From Myxococcota bacterium (GTDB taxonomy: Bacteria > Myxococcota > UBA4151): 16,351 nucleotides of DNA. The stretch covers positions 1 to 16,351 of the forward strand of contig JBDQPD010000078.1 of the NCBI GenBank assembly GCA_040260805.1. Direction: 5' to 3'. A program made the translations under genes and the position numbers. A model generated the notes under the pieces. That model was not told where the DNA came from, searched no databases, and was given only the letters and a program-made list of their open reading frames with translations. Below, piece by piece: positions 7,008 to 15,598 of this stretch; within the stretch, counting starts at the first letter, position 1, and every line of letters starts with the position of its first letter.

Positions 7008-7359
7008 TGCCGTGAAGGGTGATCGCTGGTTTTTAACTGGAGGAAAGTCCGGGCGCCAAAGGGTAAAGGTGCAGGCTAACGGCCTGTCAGGGTAACCTGA
7101 AGGAAAGTGCCACAGAGAATAGACCGCCGCAGACCTCAGGGCGAGCGGCAAGGGTGAAACGGTGCGGTAAGAGCGCACCGCATCCCTGGAGACAGGGATG
7201 GCACGGCAAACCCCACCTGGCGCAAGACAGAAGCTGCCACAACAGACCCCTTGGGCAGCTTCGATTCGATTCGCGTGAGGTCGTGGGCGACCACGGTCCC
7301 AGATGAATGATCACCATTACAGAACCCGGCTTACATCACGGCATCGCCTCTCGAGGTGA
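6992..7359. repeat. 24-bp inverted repeat (6992-7015 / 7336-7359) bracketing rnpB (extended P1)
   Basis: TCGCCTCGAGAGGTGATGCCGTGA pairs with TCACGGCATCGCCTCTCGAGGTGA over 24 positions: 22 Watson-Crick and 2 G-U pairs. Confidence 0.9.
7006..7345 (+). ncRNA. rnpB: RNase P RNA, bacterial type A
   Basis: GAGGAAAGTCCGGG and ACAGAACCCGGCTTA (P4); AGTGCCACAGAGAA; GGGTGAAACGGTGCGGTAAGAGCGCACCG (P13); CATCCCTG-GAGA-CAGGGATG (P14); GGCAAACCCC; P18 GGTCGTGG-GCGA-CCACGGTC; AGATGAATGAT; P1 GATGCCGTGA/TCACGGCATC. Ends approximate. Confidence 0.97.
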
Positions 7360-7368
7360 GGGCTTGCT

Positions 7369-9060
7369 CTAGGGCAGCTGCCCACGCTCGATCTGATCCA
7401 CCACCCCGGGTGCATCGTCCGCGATCATCTTGCACAGCGTCAGCGCCGGTCGCCAGATCGAGATCGACCCATGATGATAACCGAGCACGCGAGCTGCTTG
7501 GTGACGCATCATCTGATCGATCGCCTGCAAGACGACCCGCCTCGAGTCGTCACTCAGTCCGCTCGGCTGAGCTTGAACAGGCAGAACGGGCAGCGATAAA
7601 CCCCATTGCCTGAACTCCTGCTCAAAGCGTCGAGTCACGACAAACTGCCACGTGTTCCAGACGGCTCCAGCCGATGCCTCTTGGCGGGCGAGTTGGCGCA
7701 AGCCCTCAGGGATATCGAGGTGGTCCGGGCGCATCGTCTCGATGCTGGGTACGACCACCTCTTCAGCGGCTTGCTCGGGTACCCCGCGCTGCTGACGACG
7801 CTTGCGCTGAGGCGCTTGCACCGAACGCCCCAGGGTTTGGTTAGCGGCCTGCCCAAAAGCGTTCGCTAAGGTACCCGGCGGCAACGCCGCAAGCCAGCGC
7901 AACGCCATGCCCTCTCGAGCCGAGTCTTGATCGATCGTGCCGCTCGGCATGGTCCCGAGTCGATCGATCACCGCGTCCAAGAACGGTCGGGCAGCGGCTA
8001 GGGTGTCCTTCGCTTGCTCCTCACCCACCCGACGAACCCAAGAGTCCGGATCATCGCCGCGGTCAAGGGTCACCACCCGAGGGTTGAGGCCGTGATGCAA
8101 TAAATGCTCGGCGGCCTTTTCGACCGCCTCCTGACCCGCTCGGTCGCCATCAAACAAGAGGATCGGTGAGATCTCTCGGCTGCGGCGCGCCATCAACGCT
8201 GCCTGCTCCGCAGTAAAGGCGGTGCCGCTGCTCGCCACGGCGCCTTCAACGCCGAACTGCTCAAGCGCAATCGCATCGAGCGGGCCTTCGACTAAGATCA
8301 GAGGTTTGCCTGCTCGCAAAGCTCGCCGCGCTCGATCGAGACCGAACAAGACTCGATTCTTTTCGTACAGCGGAGTGGCCGGCGGGTTGATGTATTTTCC
8401 ACCCTTGTCGTCACCAGGAAGACGCCTACCTGCGAATCCGATCACCCGACCTTGTTCATCACGAATGGGGATGATGATCCGCTGAGCGAACAAGAAGCGG
8501 TTTCCCATAAGTAGGCCCGCATCGGCGAGCAACGCAGGGTCCTTACAGGCGTGGTGTTGCAGCGCATCATAGGGCGCAAAACCAATCCCCGTGGCTTCGA
8601 TAATCCGGCGGCTCAAGCCGCGCTGACGAAGATAAGCCAGCGCAACCTTGCCAACCGGCATGTTCAGCGCTGAGGTAAAGATCTGCTGAGCATCTTTACA
8701 GACACGACGCAGGATCTCGACGCGAGGATCAATTGCGGGCGCCGGTGCGCCACCTTGACCTCCGGAACCCGATGAAGTCGCCACCGCAATACCGGCGCGC
8801 TCTCCAAGGAAGCGGATCGCCTCAGGAAAGCTGAGGAGCTCGCGTTCTTGAACCCAAGTGAAGATATCACCGCTGATCCCGCAGCCAAAGCAGTGAAAGC
8901 GACGCCGTGCGCTGCTGACATTAAAGCTGGGCGTTTTTTCGCCATGAAATGGGCAAAGCCCGACATGGTTCGAGCCTCGTTTTTCGAGCGCCATCGACTC
9001 GCTGATGAGCTCGACGATGTCGATCTCTTCACGCAAACGCTCGATGTCCTCTTTACGCAC
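7369..9060 (-). CDS. dnaG: DNA primase
   Basis: CHC2 zinc finger CPFHGEKTPSF...FHCFGCG; RIIIPIRDEQGRVIGFAGR; KYINPPAT; TOPRIM motifs LVEGPLD and LFDGDRAG; DDPD. GTG start with GGAG upstream. Confidence 0.97.
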   Translation of the reverse strand: MRKEDIERLREEIDIVELISESMALEKRGSNHVGLCPFHGEKTPSFNVSSARRRFHCFGCGISGDIFTWVQERELLSFPEAIRFLGERAGIAVATSSGSGGQGGAPAPAIDPRVEILRRVCKDAQQIFTSALNMPVGKVALAYLRQRGLSRRIIEATGIGFAPYDALQHHACKDPALLADAGLLMGNRFLFAQRIIIPIRDEQGRVIGFAGRRLPGDDKGGKYINPPATPLYEKNRVLFGLDRARRALRAGKPLILVEGPLDAIALEQFGVEGAVASSGTAFTAEQAALMARRSREISPILLFDGDRAGQEAVEKAAEHLLHHGLNPRVVTLDRGDDPDSWVRRVGEEQAKDTLAAARPFLDAVIDRLGTMPSGTIDQDSAREGMALRWLAALPPGTLANAFGQAANQTLGRSVQAPQRKRRQQRGVPEQAAEEVVVPSIETMRPDHLDIPEGLRQLARQEASAGAVWNTWQFVVTRRFEQEFRQWGLSLPVLPVQAQPSGLSDDSRRVVLQAIDQMMRHQAARVLGYHHGSISIWRPALTLCKMIADDAPGVVDQIERGQLP

Positions 9061-9119
9061 GCTAACAGCTCTCCAACCTTTAGGCTGGGCGCTATACTGC
9101 CTTTGGCAGGCTCAAAGCG

Positions 9120-9566
9120 CTAGTTTCCGGCAGCCAAAGCGGCTTTGACTTTAGCCGCCACGACCCGCCCTTCGGCGCGGCCAGCCGAGCGAGCGTTCAC
9201 CAAGCCCATGACGCGCCCCATATCCTTCATGGAGCTCGCGCCGGTCTCGGCCATCGCTTGCGCCACCAGGTCATCGACTTCTTGATCCGTCAGTGGCGTA
9301 GGCAAAAAGGCTTCAAGGACGGCAACCTTAGCTTGTTCTTCGGTCGCTTCATCGCCGCGTCCGGCGGCGCTGAATCCCTCGATGGTCTCATTGAGTTGTT
9401 TCACCTGCGAGCGAATCAGCCCTTGCACTCGACCATCGTCGAGCTCGCCGCCTTTGGCGATCTCTTCGTTTTTGATCGCGGCGTTCAAGCCACGGAGCGC
9501 GCTCAAGGCGATTTTGTCTCGAGCTCGCATGGCGGTCTTCAACGCATCGGTAATTTGTTGCTTCAT
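9120..9566 (-). CDS. yqeY: GatB/YqeY domain protein
   Basis: LKTAMRARDK..LSALRGLNAAIKNEEI, LEAFLP..L, GASSMKDMGRVMG; 148 aa. Confidence 0.93.
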   Translation of the reverse strand: MKQQITDALKTAMRARDKIALSALRGLNAAIKNEEIAKGGELDDGRVQGLIRSQVKQLNETIEGFSAAGRGDEATEEQAKVAVLEAFLPTPLTDQEVDDLVAQAMAETGASSMKDMGRVMGLVNARSAGRAEGRVVAAKVKAALAAGN

Positions 9567-9582
9567 ATTTTTCTGGTTCCCT

Positions 9583-9620
9583 AAAACGAGAAAATGCGGA
9601 GCAATCGGTGCCCCGCATCT
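9583..9620 (-). terminator. Rho-independent terminator downstream of rpsT
   Basis: Minus strand ATGCGGGGCA-CCGAT-TGCTCCGCAT forms a 10-bp stem with one G-U pair, followed by TTTCTCGTTTT. Confidence 0.75.
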
Positions 9621-9643
9621 CTAGAAATCAAATCTGAGAGCCT

Positions 9644-9901
9644 TTAGCTGCGCTTGAGCGCCTGCACCAAACGCGAGGTGCGACGCGACGCCGTTTGGCG
9701 ACGAAGCACACCTTTTTGGGCAGCCCGAGCCAATGCGACTTCGGCTTTCTTGACCAACTCAGCGGCGTTGTCAGCGCCAGCAGCTAGCGCTTCTTTAGCC
9801 GCAACGACGGCGTTGCGGTAGCTTCCCAACACGTTGCGGTTGCGCAGACGACGTTTTTCGTTTTGACGAATACGCTTACGAGCCTGATTACTATGAGCCA
9901 T
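9644..9901 (-). CDS. rpsT: 30S ribosomal protein S20
   Basis: MAHSNQARKRIRQNEKRRLRNR...RAAQKGVLRRQTASRRTSRL. ATG at 9901 with GGAGG SD, preferred to the ORF-track start at 9931. Confidence 0.96.
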   Translation of the reverse strand: MAHSNQARKRIRQNEKRRLRNRNVLGSYRNAVVAAKEALAAGADNAAELVKKAEVALARAAQKGVLRRQTASRRTSRLVQALKRS

Positions 9902-9928
9902 GCTATCCTCCACCCCATCGGGCGAGCG

Positions 9929-9957
9929 CATTTAGGGGGCCCGTCATCCCATGTCAA
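9929..9957 (-). promoter_or_regulatory. Candidate sigma70-type promoter for rpsT
   Basis: TTGACA (9957-9952), 17-nt spacer, TAAATG (9934-9929) in the holA-rpsT gap; the -10 box is imperfect. Confidence 0.55.
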
Positions 9958-9965
9958 CGAGCAAA

Positions 9966-10949
9966 TTAGGCCGAACACACCTCAAGGCACAGGGCCTCCA
10001 TGGTGGCCCGCTCCGATGCGCCCCACCCTCCCTTGAGTCGATTGTCCGCTCGATGCAGCGCATCGAGGGCGAGCCGCATGCGCTGAGGCGTCCACTGACG
10101 GAGGGCTGAGGCGCTGCGTCGAACCTCAAAAGGGGGCACTCCAGCCGCTCGAGCAAGCTGGTTCTGCGGCACCCGCGCAGCTTGAGCCCCGAGCAGACGC
10201 GCCAGGCTCCGAAAGCGGTAGGCCAGACCCGGTACCAACTCATGACCGCTGCGCTGATCATCGAGTAAGCGCTGAACTAAACCCAGCGCGTCTCCAAGGC
10301 GACGAGCGACGAGCAGCTCTGCGAGACGCCAGACGTCTTCATCGAGTACCGGCTGGATCATTCGGTCGATCATCGGTGCATCAACCGCCGCGCCGTCCGC
10401 GAACAGGTCGAGCTTTTCGAGCGCCTCGCTCAAGCCCCGACGGTCCGGACCGATTGCGCTCACAATATGATGTGCGGCGGGGCTGTCGAGTGAGACACCG
10501 GATTGGGCGGCTCGCCGAGTCAGCCACAAGGCAGCCTCTGCATCTTTGAGCGCACTAAAGCCGGTCAGAAAACCTGATTTACTGGCTAACTTGATCACCT
10601 TGAGCCGTTTGTCCGGGTCGCCCGACAAAACCATCACCAACAAGGTGCTCGGGTTGGGGTCACTCAGATAGGCCGTCAGCTTACCGAGCATCTTGGTGCT
10701 CTGCGTTTTGCTATGCCCCCGCCACACGACTAAGCGACCTTCGGCAAAGGCCGGCATCGATTGGCACGAGACGATCATCTCATCGGCGCTGCGCTCTTCT
10801 CCATAGAATCGCTCAATGTTCATCTCGGGGAAATTACCCGCCTCAAAAACACCGCGCCATTGCTCGATCTGATCATCGATCGCAAAGGCATCTTCTCCAT
10901 GAAGGATGCGCACAGGGCCTGTTTGCTCAAGCAGCTCGCGAACGCTCAT
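9966..10949 (-). CDS. holA: DNA polymerase III delta subunit
   Basis: ILHGEDAF, SCQSMPAFAEGRLVV, YLSDPNPSTLLV, DKRLK, LEKLDLF, LHRADNRLKGG; canonical leuS-lptE-holA order; ATGA overlap with lptE. Confidence 0.93.
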   Translation of the reverse strand: MSVRELLEQTGPVRILHGEDAFAIDDQIEQWRGVFEAGNFPEMNIERFYGEERSADEMIVSCQSMPAFAEGRLVVWRGHSKTQSTKMLGKLTAYLSDPNPSTLLVMVLSGDPDKRLKVIKLASKSGFLTGFSALKDAEAALWLTRRAAQSGVSLDSPAAHHIVSAIGPDRRGLSEALEKLDLFADGAAVDAPMIDRMIQPVLDEDVWRLAELLVARRLGDALGLVQRLLDDQRSGHELVPGLAYRFRSLARLLGAQAARVPQNQLARAAGVPPFEVRRSASALRQWTPQRMRLALDALHRADNRLKGGWGASERATMEALCLEVCSA

Positions 10950-11410
10950 TCGAGGGCCTCCGCGAGACGCGACGCCAGCTTGTGGGCGAGGGAGTCGGCG
11001 ACTCGCTGCAAATTTAGGGCGCGTCCATCAAGTCCTCGATCAGGCGCTAAGGTGACGATCTCAGCCAAACGGATCACGCGCCCTTGACCTTGGACGCGAG
11101 CGCTGACGCGCACACTAAACTGTTCTCCAAAGACCACGGCGCGGCGGTCGATCGTGTTGTATAGGGTCGTCCGCTCCCATGGCGATATGGTCACGCTCAA
11201 GCGTCGAGCTTCGCCAGCGCCTGTGGTCAATCCGCTTTTGGCGAGTTGACCTGGCAGATAACGCTTCAGCGCCTCGCCCAAGCCTTGTCCGGCGCGGTCG
11301 TCGATCACCAGAGGTGCTAAGGGCGCACCATAAGGGTTGGTCCCCAGCGAGAACTTAAACCCGCAGCCTGCGACCATCAAACCCACGCTGAGGCAGATCA
11401 AATGCTTCAT
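10946..11410 (-). CDS. lptE: LptE-like LPS-assembly lipoprotein
   Basis: Lipobox VAG-C followed by GFKF; 154 aa; located between leuS and holA with ATGA overlaps on both sides. The sequence is divergent, so the call rests largely on synteny. Confidence 0.7.
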   Translation of the reverse strand: MKHLICLSVGLMVAGCGFKFSLGTNPYGAPLAPLVIDDRAGQGLGEALKRYLPGQLAKSGLTTGAGEARRLSVTISPWERTTLYNTIDRRAVVFGEQFSVRVSARVQGQGRVIRLAEIVTLAPDRGLDGRALNLQRVADSLAHKLASRLAEALE

Positions 11411-13884
11411 CGAGCGACGAAGTTCACCAAGCGTCCAGGCACCACGATCTCCTTGATCAAGGTCTTACCCTCAAGGTGACGAGCTACGCTAGGTTCTGCT
11501 TTGGCAGCCGAAAGGATCGTCTCTTTGTCGGCATCGGGCGCGACCTCGATCTTGCCCCGTAGTTTGCCCATCACCTGCACCACAATGGTCACCGACGATT
11601 CTTCGCAAGCCGCCTCGTCATGCTCGGGCCATGGGGTCCGCATCAGATCCTGACTCGCGCCGAGCATCTCATGCAACTCGTCGGCGAGGTGAGGAGCGAA
11701 GGGAAACAGCGCGTGGGCGACCATCTCCATGCTCTCACGAGCCACGCCAGCGTGGACCTTAGACTCGCCACCAACCCCCGCAGCGGTGACCGCGTTGAGG
11801 TGCTCCATGATCGCAGCAATGGCGGTGTTAAAGTGAAAGCCATTCTCCAAGTCGTGCGTCACCTTGCGCAGCATTTTGTGCGTCGAGCGCCGAAGGACTT
11901 GATCGGCCTCACTCAAATCTGTGGGTAACGCTTCTTCGCCAAGGGCAGCCGCCGCTTCGCCGAGACGATGCACTCGCCGTAAAAACCGATAGGCACCCTC
12001 GACGCCGTTGTCGTTCCATTCGAGCTCTTTTTCGGGCGGGGCAGCGAACAAGATAAACAAACGCGCCGTGTCGGCACCGTAGCGCTCGATAATCGAGGTT
12101 GGGTCCACCACGTTGCCTTTGGATTTGCTCATCTTCGCGCCATCTTTAATCACCATCCCTTGGGTGGTGAGACGCTTGAAGGGTTCGCGCGGTACCTCGT
12201 AGCCTAAATCGGCGAGTGCTTTCATAAAGAAGCGAGCATACAGCAGATGCATGCACGCATGCTCGATGCCGCCAATATAATGATCGACCGGCATCCAGCG
12301 TGCGACCGCCTCGGGGTCGAAAGGTCCCTCTTCAAAGCGCGGGCTGCAGTAGCGTAGAAAGTACCAACTGCTCTGCCAAAACGTATCAAAGGTGTCGGTC
12401 TCGCGCACCGCAGGAGTGCCGCAGCTCGGACAAGGGACATGTTTCCAGGTCGGATGATTTGCGAGCGGCGAACCCTCCCCCGTCATCTCGGCGTCCTCCG
12501 GAAGAGTCACCGGCAGATCGGCATCGGGTACCGGTGAGACACCGCACGAGTCACAATAAATGATCGGGATCGGAGCGCCCCAGTAGCGCTGGCGAGAGAC
12601 ACCCCAGTCACGCAGCCTGAAGTTAATCGTGGCGCCTCCGCAGCCGATCTCGGAGAGCTTGGCGGCGAGCACCCGTTTGGCTTCTTCGTTGTCTAATCCG
12701 TCGAAGGGTCCGCTGTTGATTAAGACACCCGCTTCGGGACGCGCTGCCTCCATGGTGGCAGCATCGAGCGCCTGGTCTTCACCGTGCGGTTGAATCACCG
12801 GGGCGATATCCAAGCCATACTTCTGAGCGAACTCAAAGTCGCGCTGATCATGTGCCGGGACCGCCATGACTGCGCCGGTACCGTAATCCATGAGCACGAA
12901 GTTGGCGACGTAGATCGGAATCTTGCGCCCTAAAAGCGGATGGTCGGCATACATCCCCGTAAACACCCCGCGCTTTTCGGCTCCGTCGCCCCGAGCGCTT
13001 CGGTCGGCTCGCCCCATTTCGGCGACGAACTCGCCCACCTCTTGGGACACGCCGCCACGCGCCGCTAGCTCCATCACCATCGGATGTTCCGGCGCCAAGC
13101 TCATAAAGGTACAGCCCATAAAGGTGTCTGGCCTGGTCGTGAACACCTCGATGGGATCGAGATCGTCTGCTCCCGAGACGGGTAACGCGATCCGAGCACC
13201 AACGCTCCGACCGATCCAATTGCGCTGCATGGCGCGCACCGCGTCAGGCCAGTCGGATAAGCTGTCCAGATCATCGAGCAGGTCTTGCGCATAATCCGTG
13301 ATGCGGATGCTCCAAGCCTCTAGATCGCGTTGTTCCACCACCTCATCACAGCGCCAACACGCGCCGTCATTGACTTGTTCGTTCGCTAAGACGGTAGCGC
13401 ATTCGACGCACCAATTGACGCGCTGTTGGGAGCGAAAGGCGATGCCCTTGTCCAGCATCTCTAAGAAGATCTTTTGTTCCCAGCGAAAGTACCCGGGATG
13501 GCAGGTCGCGAGCTCGCGATCCCAGTCGTAACTCAAACCTAATCGTTTGAACTGACTGCGCATGTCCTTGATGTTGGCGTAGGTCCAGGTGCCTGGATGG
13601 CTGTTGTTCTTAATCGCCGCATTCTCAGCCGGCATACCAAAGGCATCCCAACCGATCGGGTGGAGAATCTGATGACCCCGGCGCCGTAAGAAACGCGCCA
13701 CCGCATCACCGATGCTGTAGTTGCGCACATGACCCATGTGAATCTTACCCGACGGGTACGGAAACATCTCGAGCACATAGTACGGACTGTCGCCTTGATT
13801 CTCGGCAACAAAGGCGCCGCTTTCATTCCAGCGCTGCTGCCAGCGGGTCTCGATGTCTTGGGCCCGATAATGCGGCTCGATCAA
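11407..13884 (-). CDS. leuS: Leucine--tRNA ligase
   Basis: [17 protein letters not shown] (HIGH), [10 protein letters not shown]1 editing motifs FTTRPDT and [33 protein letters not shown] at 13884 with AAGGAG 6 nt upstream, preferred to 13947. Confidence 0.98.
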   Translation of the reverse strand: MIEPHYRAQDIETRWQQRWNESGAFVAENQGDSPYYVLEMFPYPSGKIHMGHVRNYSIGDAVARFLRRRGHQILHPIGWDAFGMPAENAAIKNNSHPGTWTYANIKDMRSQFKRLGLSYDWDRELATCHPGYFRWEQKIFLEMLDKGIAFRSQQRVNWCVECATVLANEQVNDGACWRCDEVVEQRDLEAWSIRITDYAQDLLDDLDSLSDWPDAVRAMQRNWIGRSVGARIALPVSGADDLDPIEVFTTRPDTFMGCTFMSLAPEHPMVMELAARGGVSQEVGEFVAEMGRADRSARGDGAEKRGVFTGMYADHPLLGRKIPIYVANFVLMDYGTGAVMAVPAHDQRDFEFAQKYGLDIAPVIQPHGEDQALDAATMEAARPEAGVLINSGPFDGLDNEEAKRVLAAKLSEIGCGGATINFRLRDWGVSRQRYWGAPIPIIYCDSCGVSPVPDADLPVTLPEDAEMTGEGSPLANHPTWKHVPCPSCGTPAVRETDTFDTFWQSSWYFLRYCSPRFEEGPFDPEAVARWMPVDHYIGGIEHACMHLLYARFFMKALADLGYEVPREPFKRLTTQGMVIKDGAKMSKSKGNVVDPTSIIERYGADTARLFILFAAPPEKELEWNDNGVEGAYRFLRRVHRLGEAAAALGEEALPTDLSEADQVLRRSTHKMLRKVTHDLENGFHFNTAIAAIMEHLNAVTAAGVGGESKVHAGVARESMEMVAHALFPFAPHLADELHEMLGASQDLMRTPWPEHDEAACEESSVTIVVQVMGKLRGKIEVAPDADKETILSAAKAEPSVARHLEGKTLIKEIVVPGRLVNFVAR

Positions 13885-13981
13885 CGGCTTCTCCTTGCGC
13901 GGCTCTAAGCCTGCCGAAGGCGCATAACCAAGCCGAGGGATCGCCACAAGCCAACGATACCGAGCAACTCATGACAAAGTT

Positions 13982-15475
13982 CTAAAGGCCCCAGACGCGT
14001 TGCGGCACCGACCGATCCACCCAGGTGCCATCACCGATCTGGCCATGTTCATTATAGCCCCAACACCAAACCACGCCTCGGCTGCTCAGGCTGCAGGTGT
14101 GGTAATAGCCCGAGTCCACCTCCACCATCTGACCCAACAATCCCTGAACAGGAACGGCAACGTTGGAATCGACCACGTTCCCAGTCCCTAGCTGTCCGCC
14201 CTGGTTTTGCCCCCAACAGAGCACCTCGCCTCCGCGAAGCCCGCAGCTGTGATGCCCACCGGCGGCGACATAAGAGACGCCTAGGATCCCCGGCACCACG
14301 GTGGGTTCGCGGCTCTGTTCGCGGCTGTTGGTTCCCAGCTGGCCAAATTCGTTCCAACCCCAGCAGGCCGCCACCCCGGACATCACCGCGCAGTTGTGGT
14401 CCCAGACCGTGCTCATGGCGGTCACCGGCGCAGGAGCGAGCACCCGGCGTGGACGGGGAGAGTCGTCCCCGACAAAACCGAGCTGCCCATTGCCGTTGGC
14501 GCCCCAACACAACACCGACTGGTCACTGCGCAAAACGCAGGTGTGTTGAAACCCAGCAGCGAGGAACACGACATCGCTCAAGCCTTGGACTTGAGTCGGC
14601 GCTGCCCTTCGGTCTCGGGTCCCATCACCGATTTGACCCTCAGCGTTACGTCCCCAGCAATACACAGTCCCCACCCTCGTGCGAGCGCAGGTGTGACCTG
14701 ACCCAACAGCGACCTGTGCAACCTCTGGTAGGTTACCGACCGCTCGTGGGGTAAAGTGATGCGTAGTGGTGCCGTCACCCGTTTGACCGAAGTCGTTACG
14801 ACCCCAACACGCTACCGACCCGTTCGCCAACACTGCGCAGCTCGTTCCTGCGCCCAAGGCTACCGAGTCGATGGTGTTGATCCCGGGAACGACTCGAGCC
14901 CCGTTGCGGTCGCCGAGATCTTCTAAGCCGAGCTGACCAAAGGCGTTGTCGCCAAAACACTCTAAGGTTCCATCATTAACTAGTACACAGGTATGCAGCC
15001 CACCCAGGGCGATCGAGCGAGCGCGCCCTGGGGGGATCCCGATATCAGGCATAGCGCCAGAGTCGACGCCCACGCCTGCATCGACAGGCTCGCCCGCATC
15101 AGCAAACTCGATGACGTCAGCAGCGGCAGCGTCCGCATGACCAGCCTCATGAGCCACCACGTCATGCCCCGCCGCATCACCGGCGAGGAGCGCATCGAGC
15201 AACTCGCCCGAGTCAGTCGACACGCTGACATCGGCTACCGGCGCCCCAGCTTCTGGAGGCACTGCCCCATCAAGGACATCGGCCCCGGGCTGGCCTGCAT
15301 CGGTGGCGACCCCGAAATCAGGGCTCGGCACGTCAGGTCGTGCGTCACGCAAACCCACATCGAGTAAGCCCGTGTCCGAGCGACCAGGAAACCCCGCATC
15401 AGGGGCGGGCGGCGTGTCGATGAGCACCGTGCAGCTCATGGTCGTCAACAATGTCAAAAGGGCGAGATTTTTCAC
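13982..15475 (-). CDS. RCC1/BLIP-II seven-bladed beta-propeller protein, probable lipoprotein with acidic DAG-rich linker
   Basis: Seven repeats of G..HTC.....G...CWG.N..GQ(L/I)G. Probable GTG start at 15475 gives MKNLALLTLLTTMS-C (lipobox-like); the ORF track starts at 15526. About 130 aa of Asp/Ala/Gly/Pro-rich linker precede the propeller. Confidence 0.88.
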   Translation of the reverse strand: MKNLALLTLLTTMSCTVLIDTPPAPDAGFPGRSDTGLLDVGLRDARPDVPSPDFGVATDAGQPGADVLDGAVPPEAGAPVADVSVSTDSGELLDALLAGDAAGHDVVAHEAGHADAAAADVIEFADAGEPVDAGVGVDSGAMPDIGIPPGRARSIALGGLHTCVLVNDGTLECFGDNAFGQLGLEDLGDRNGARVVPGINTIDSVALGAGTSCAVLANGSVACWGRNDFGQTGDGTTTHHFTPRAVGNLPEVAQVAVGSGHTCARTRVGTVYCWGRNAEGQIGDGTRDRRAAPTQVQGLSDVVFLAAGFQHTCVLRSDQSVLCWGANGNGQLGFVGDDSPRPRRVLAPAPVTAMSTVWDHNCAVMSGVAACWGWNEFGQLGTNSREQSREPTVVPGILGVSYVAAGGHHSCGLRGGEVLCWGQNQGGQLGTGNVVDSNVAVPVQGLLGQMVEVDSGYYHTCSLSSRGVVWCWGYNEHGQIGDGTWVDRSVPQRVWGL

Positions 15476-15598
15476 AAGCGAGAGGCTGCCCGACGCGCCG
15501 TTCTCGGTCAAGCAAGTCAGATGCACCGCGGAGCCTCTTCCCTTGCTGCGCGATGGCCGATTATGAAGGCTCCAGCCTGACCACTGGAGCCGGTGACG

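Noticed and set aside
6327..7317. Minus-strand ORFs of 283 aa and 76 aa across rnpB and the zinc-ribbon gene
   Set aside because: Antisense shadows of rnpB and a real CDS, with no recognisable motifs.
9097..9109. Small palindrome CTGCC-TTT-GGCAG between yqeY and dnaG
   Set aside because: Only a 5-bp stem with no U tract; not supportable as a terminator or operator.
13885..13981. T-box or attenuator leader, or longer N-terminus, for leuS
   Set aside because: The gap is under 100 nt with no T-box consensus; AAGGAG before TTG 13884 supports the shorter start.
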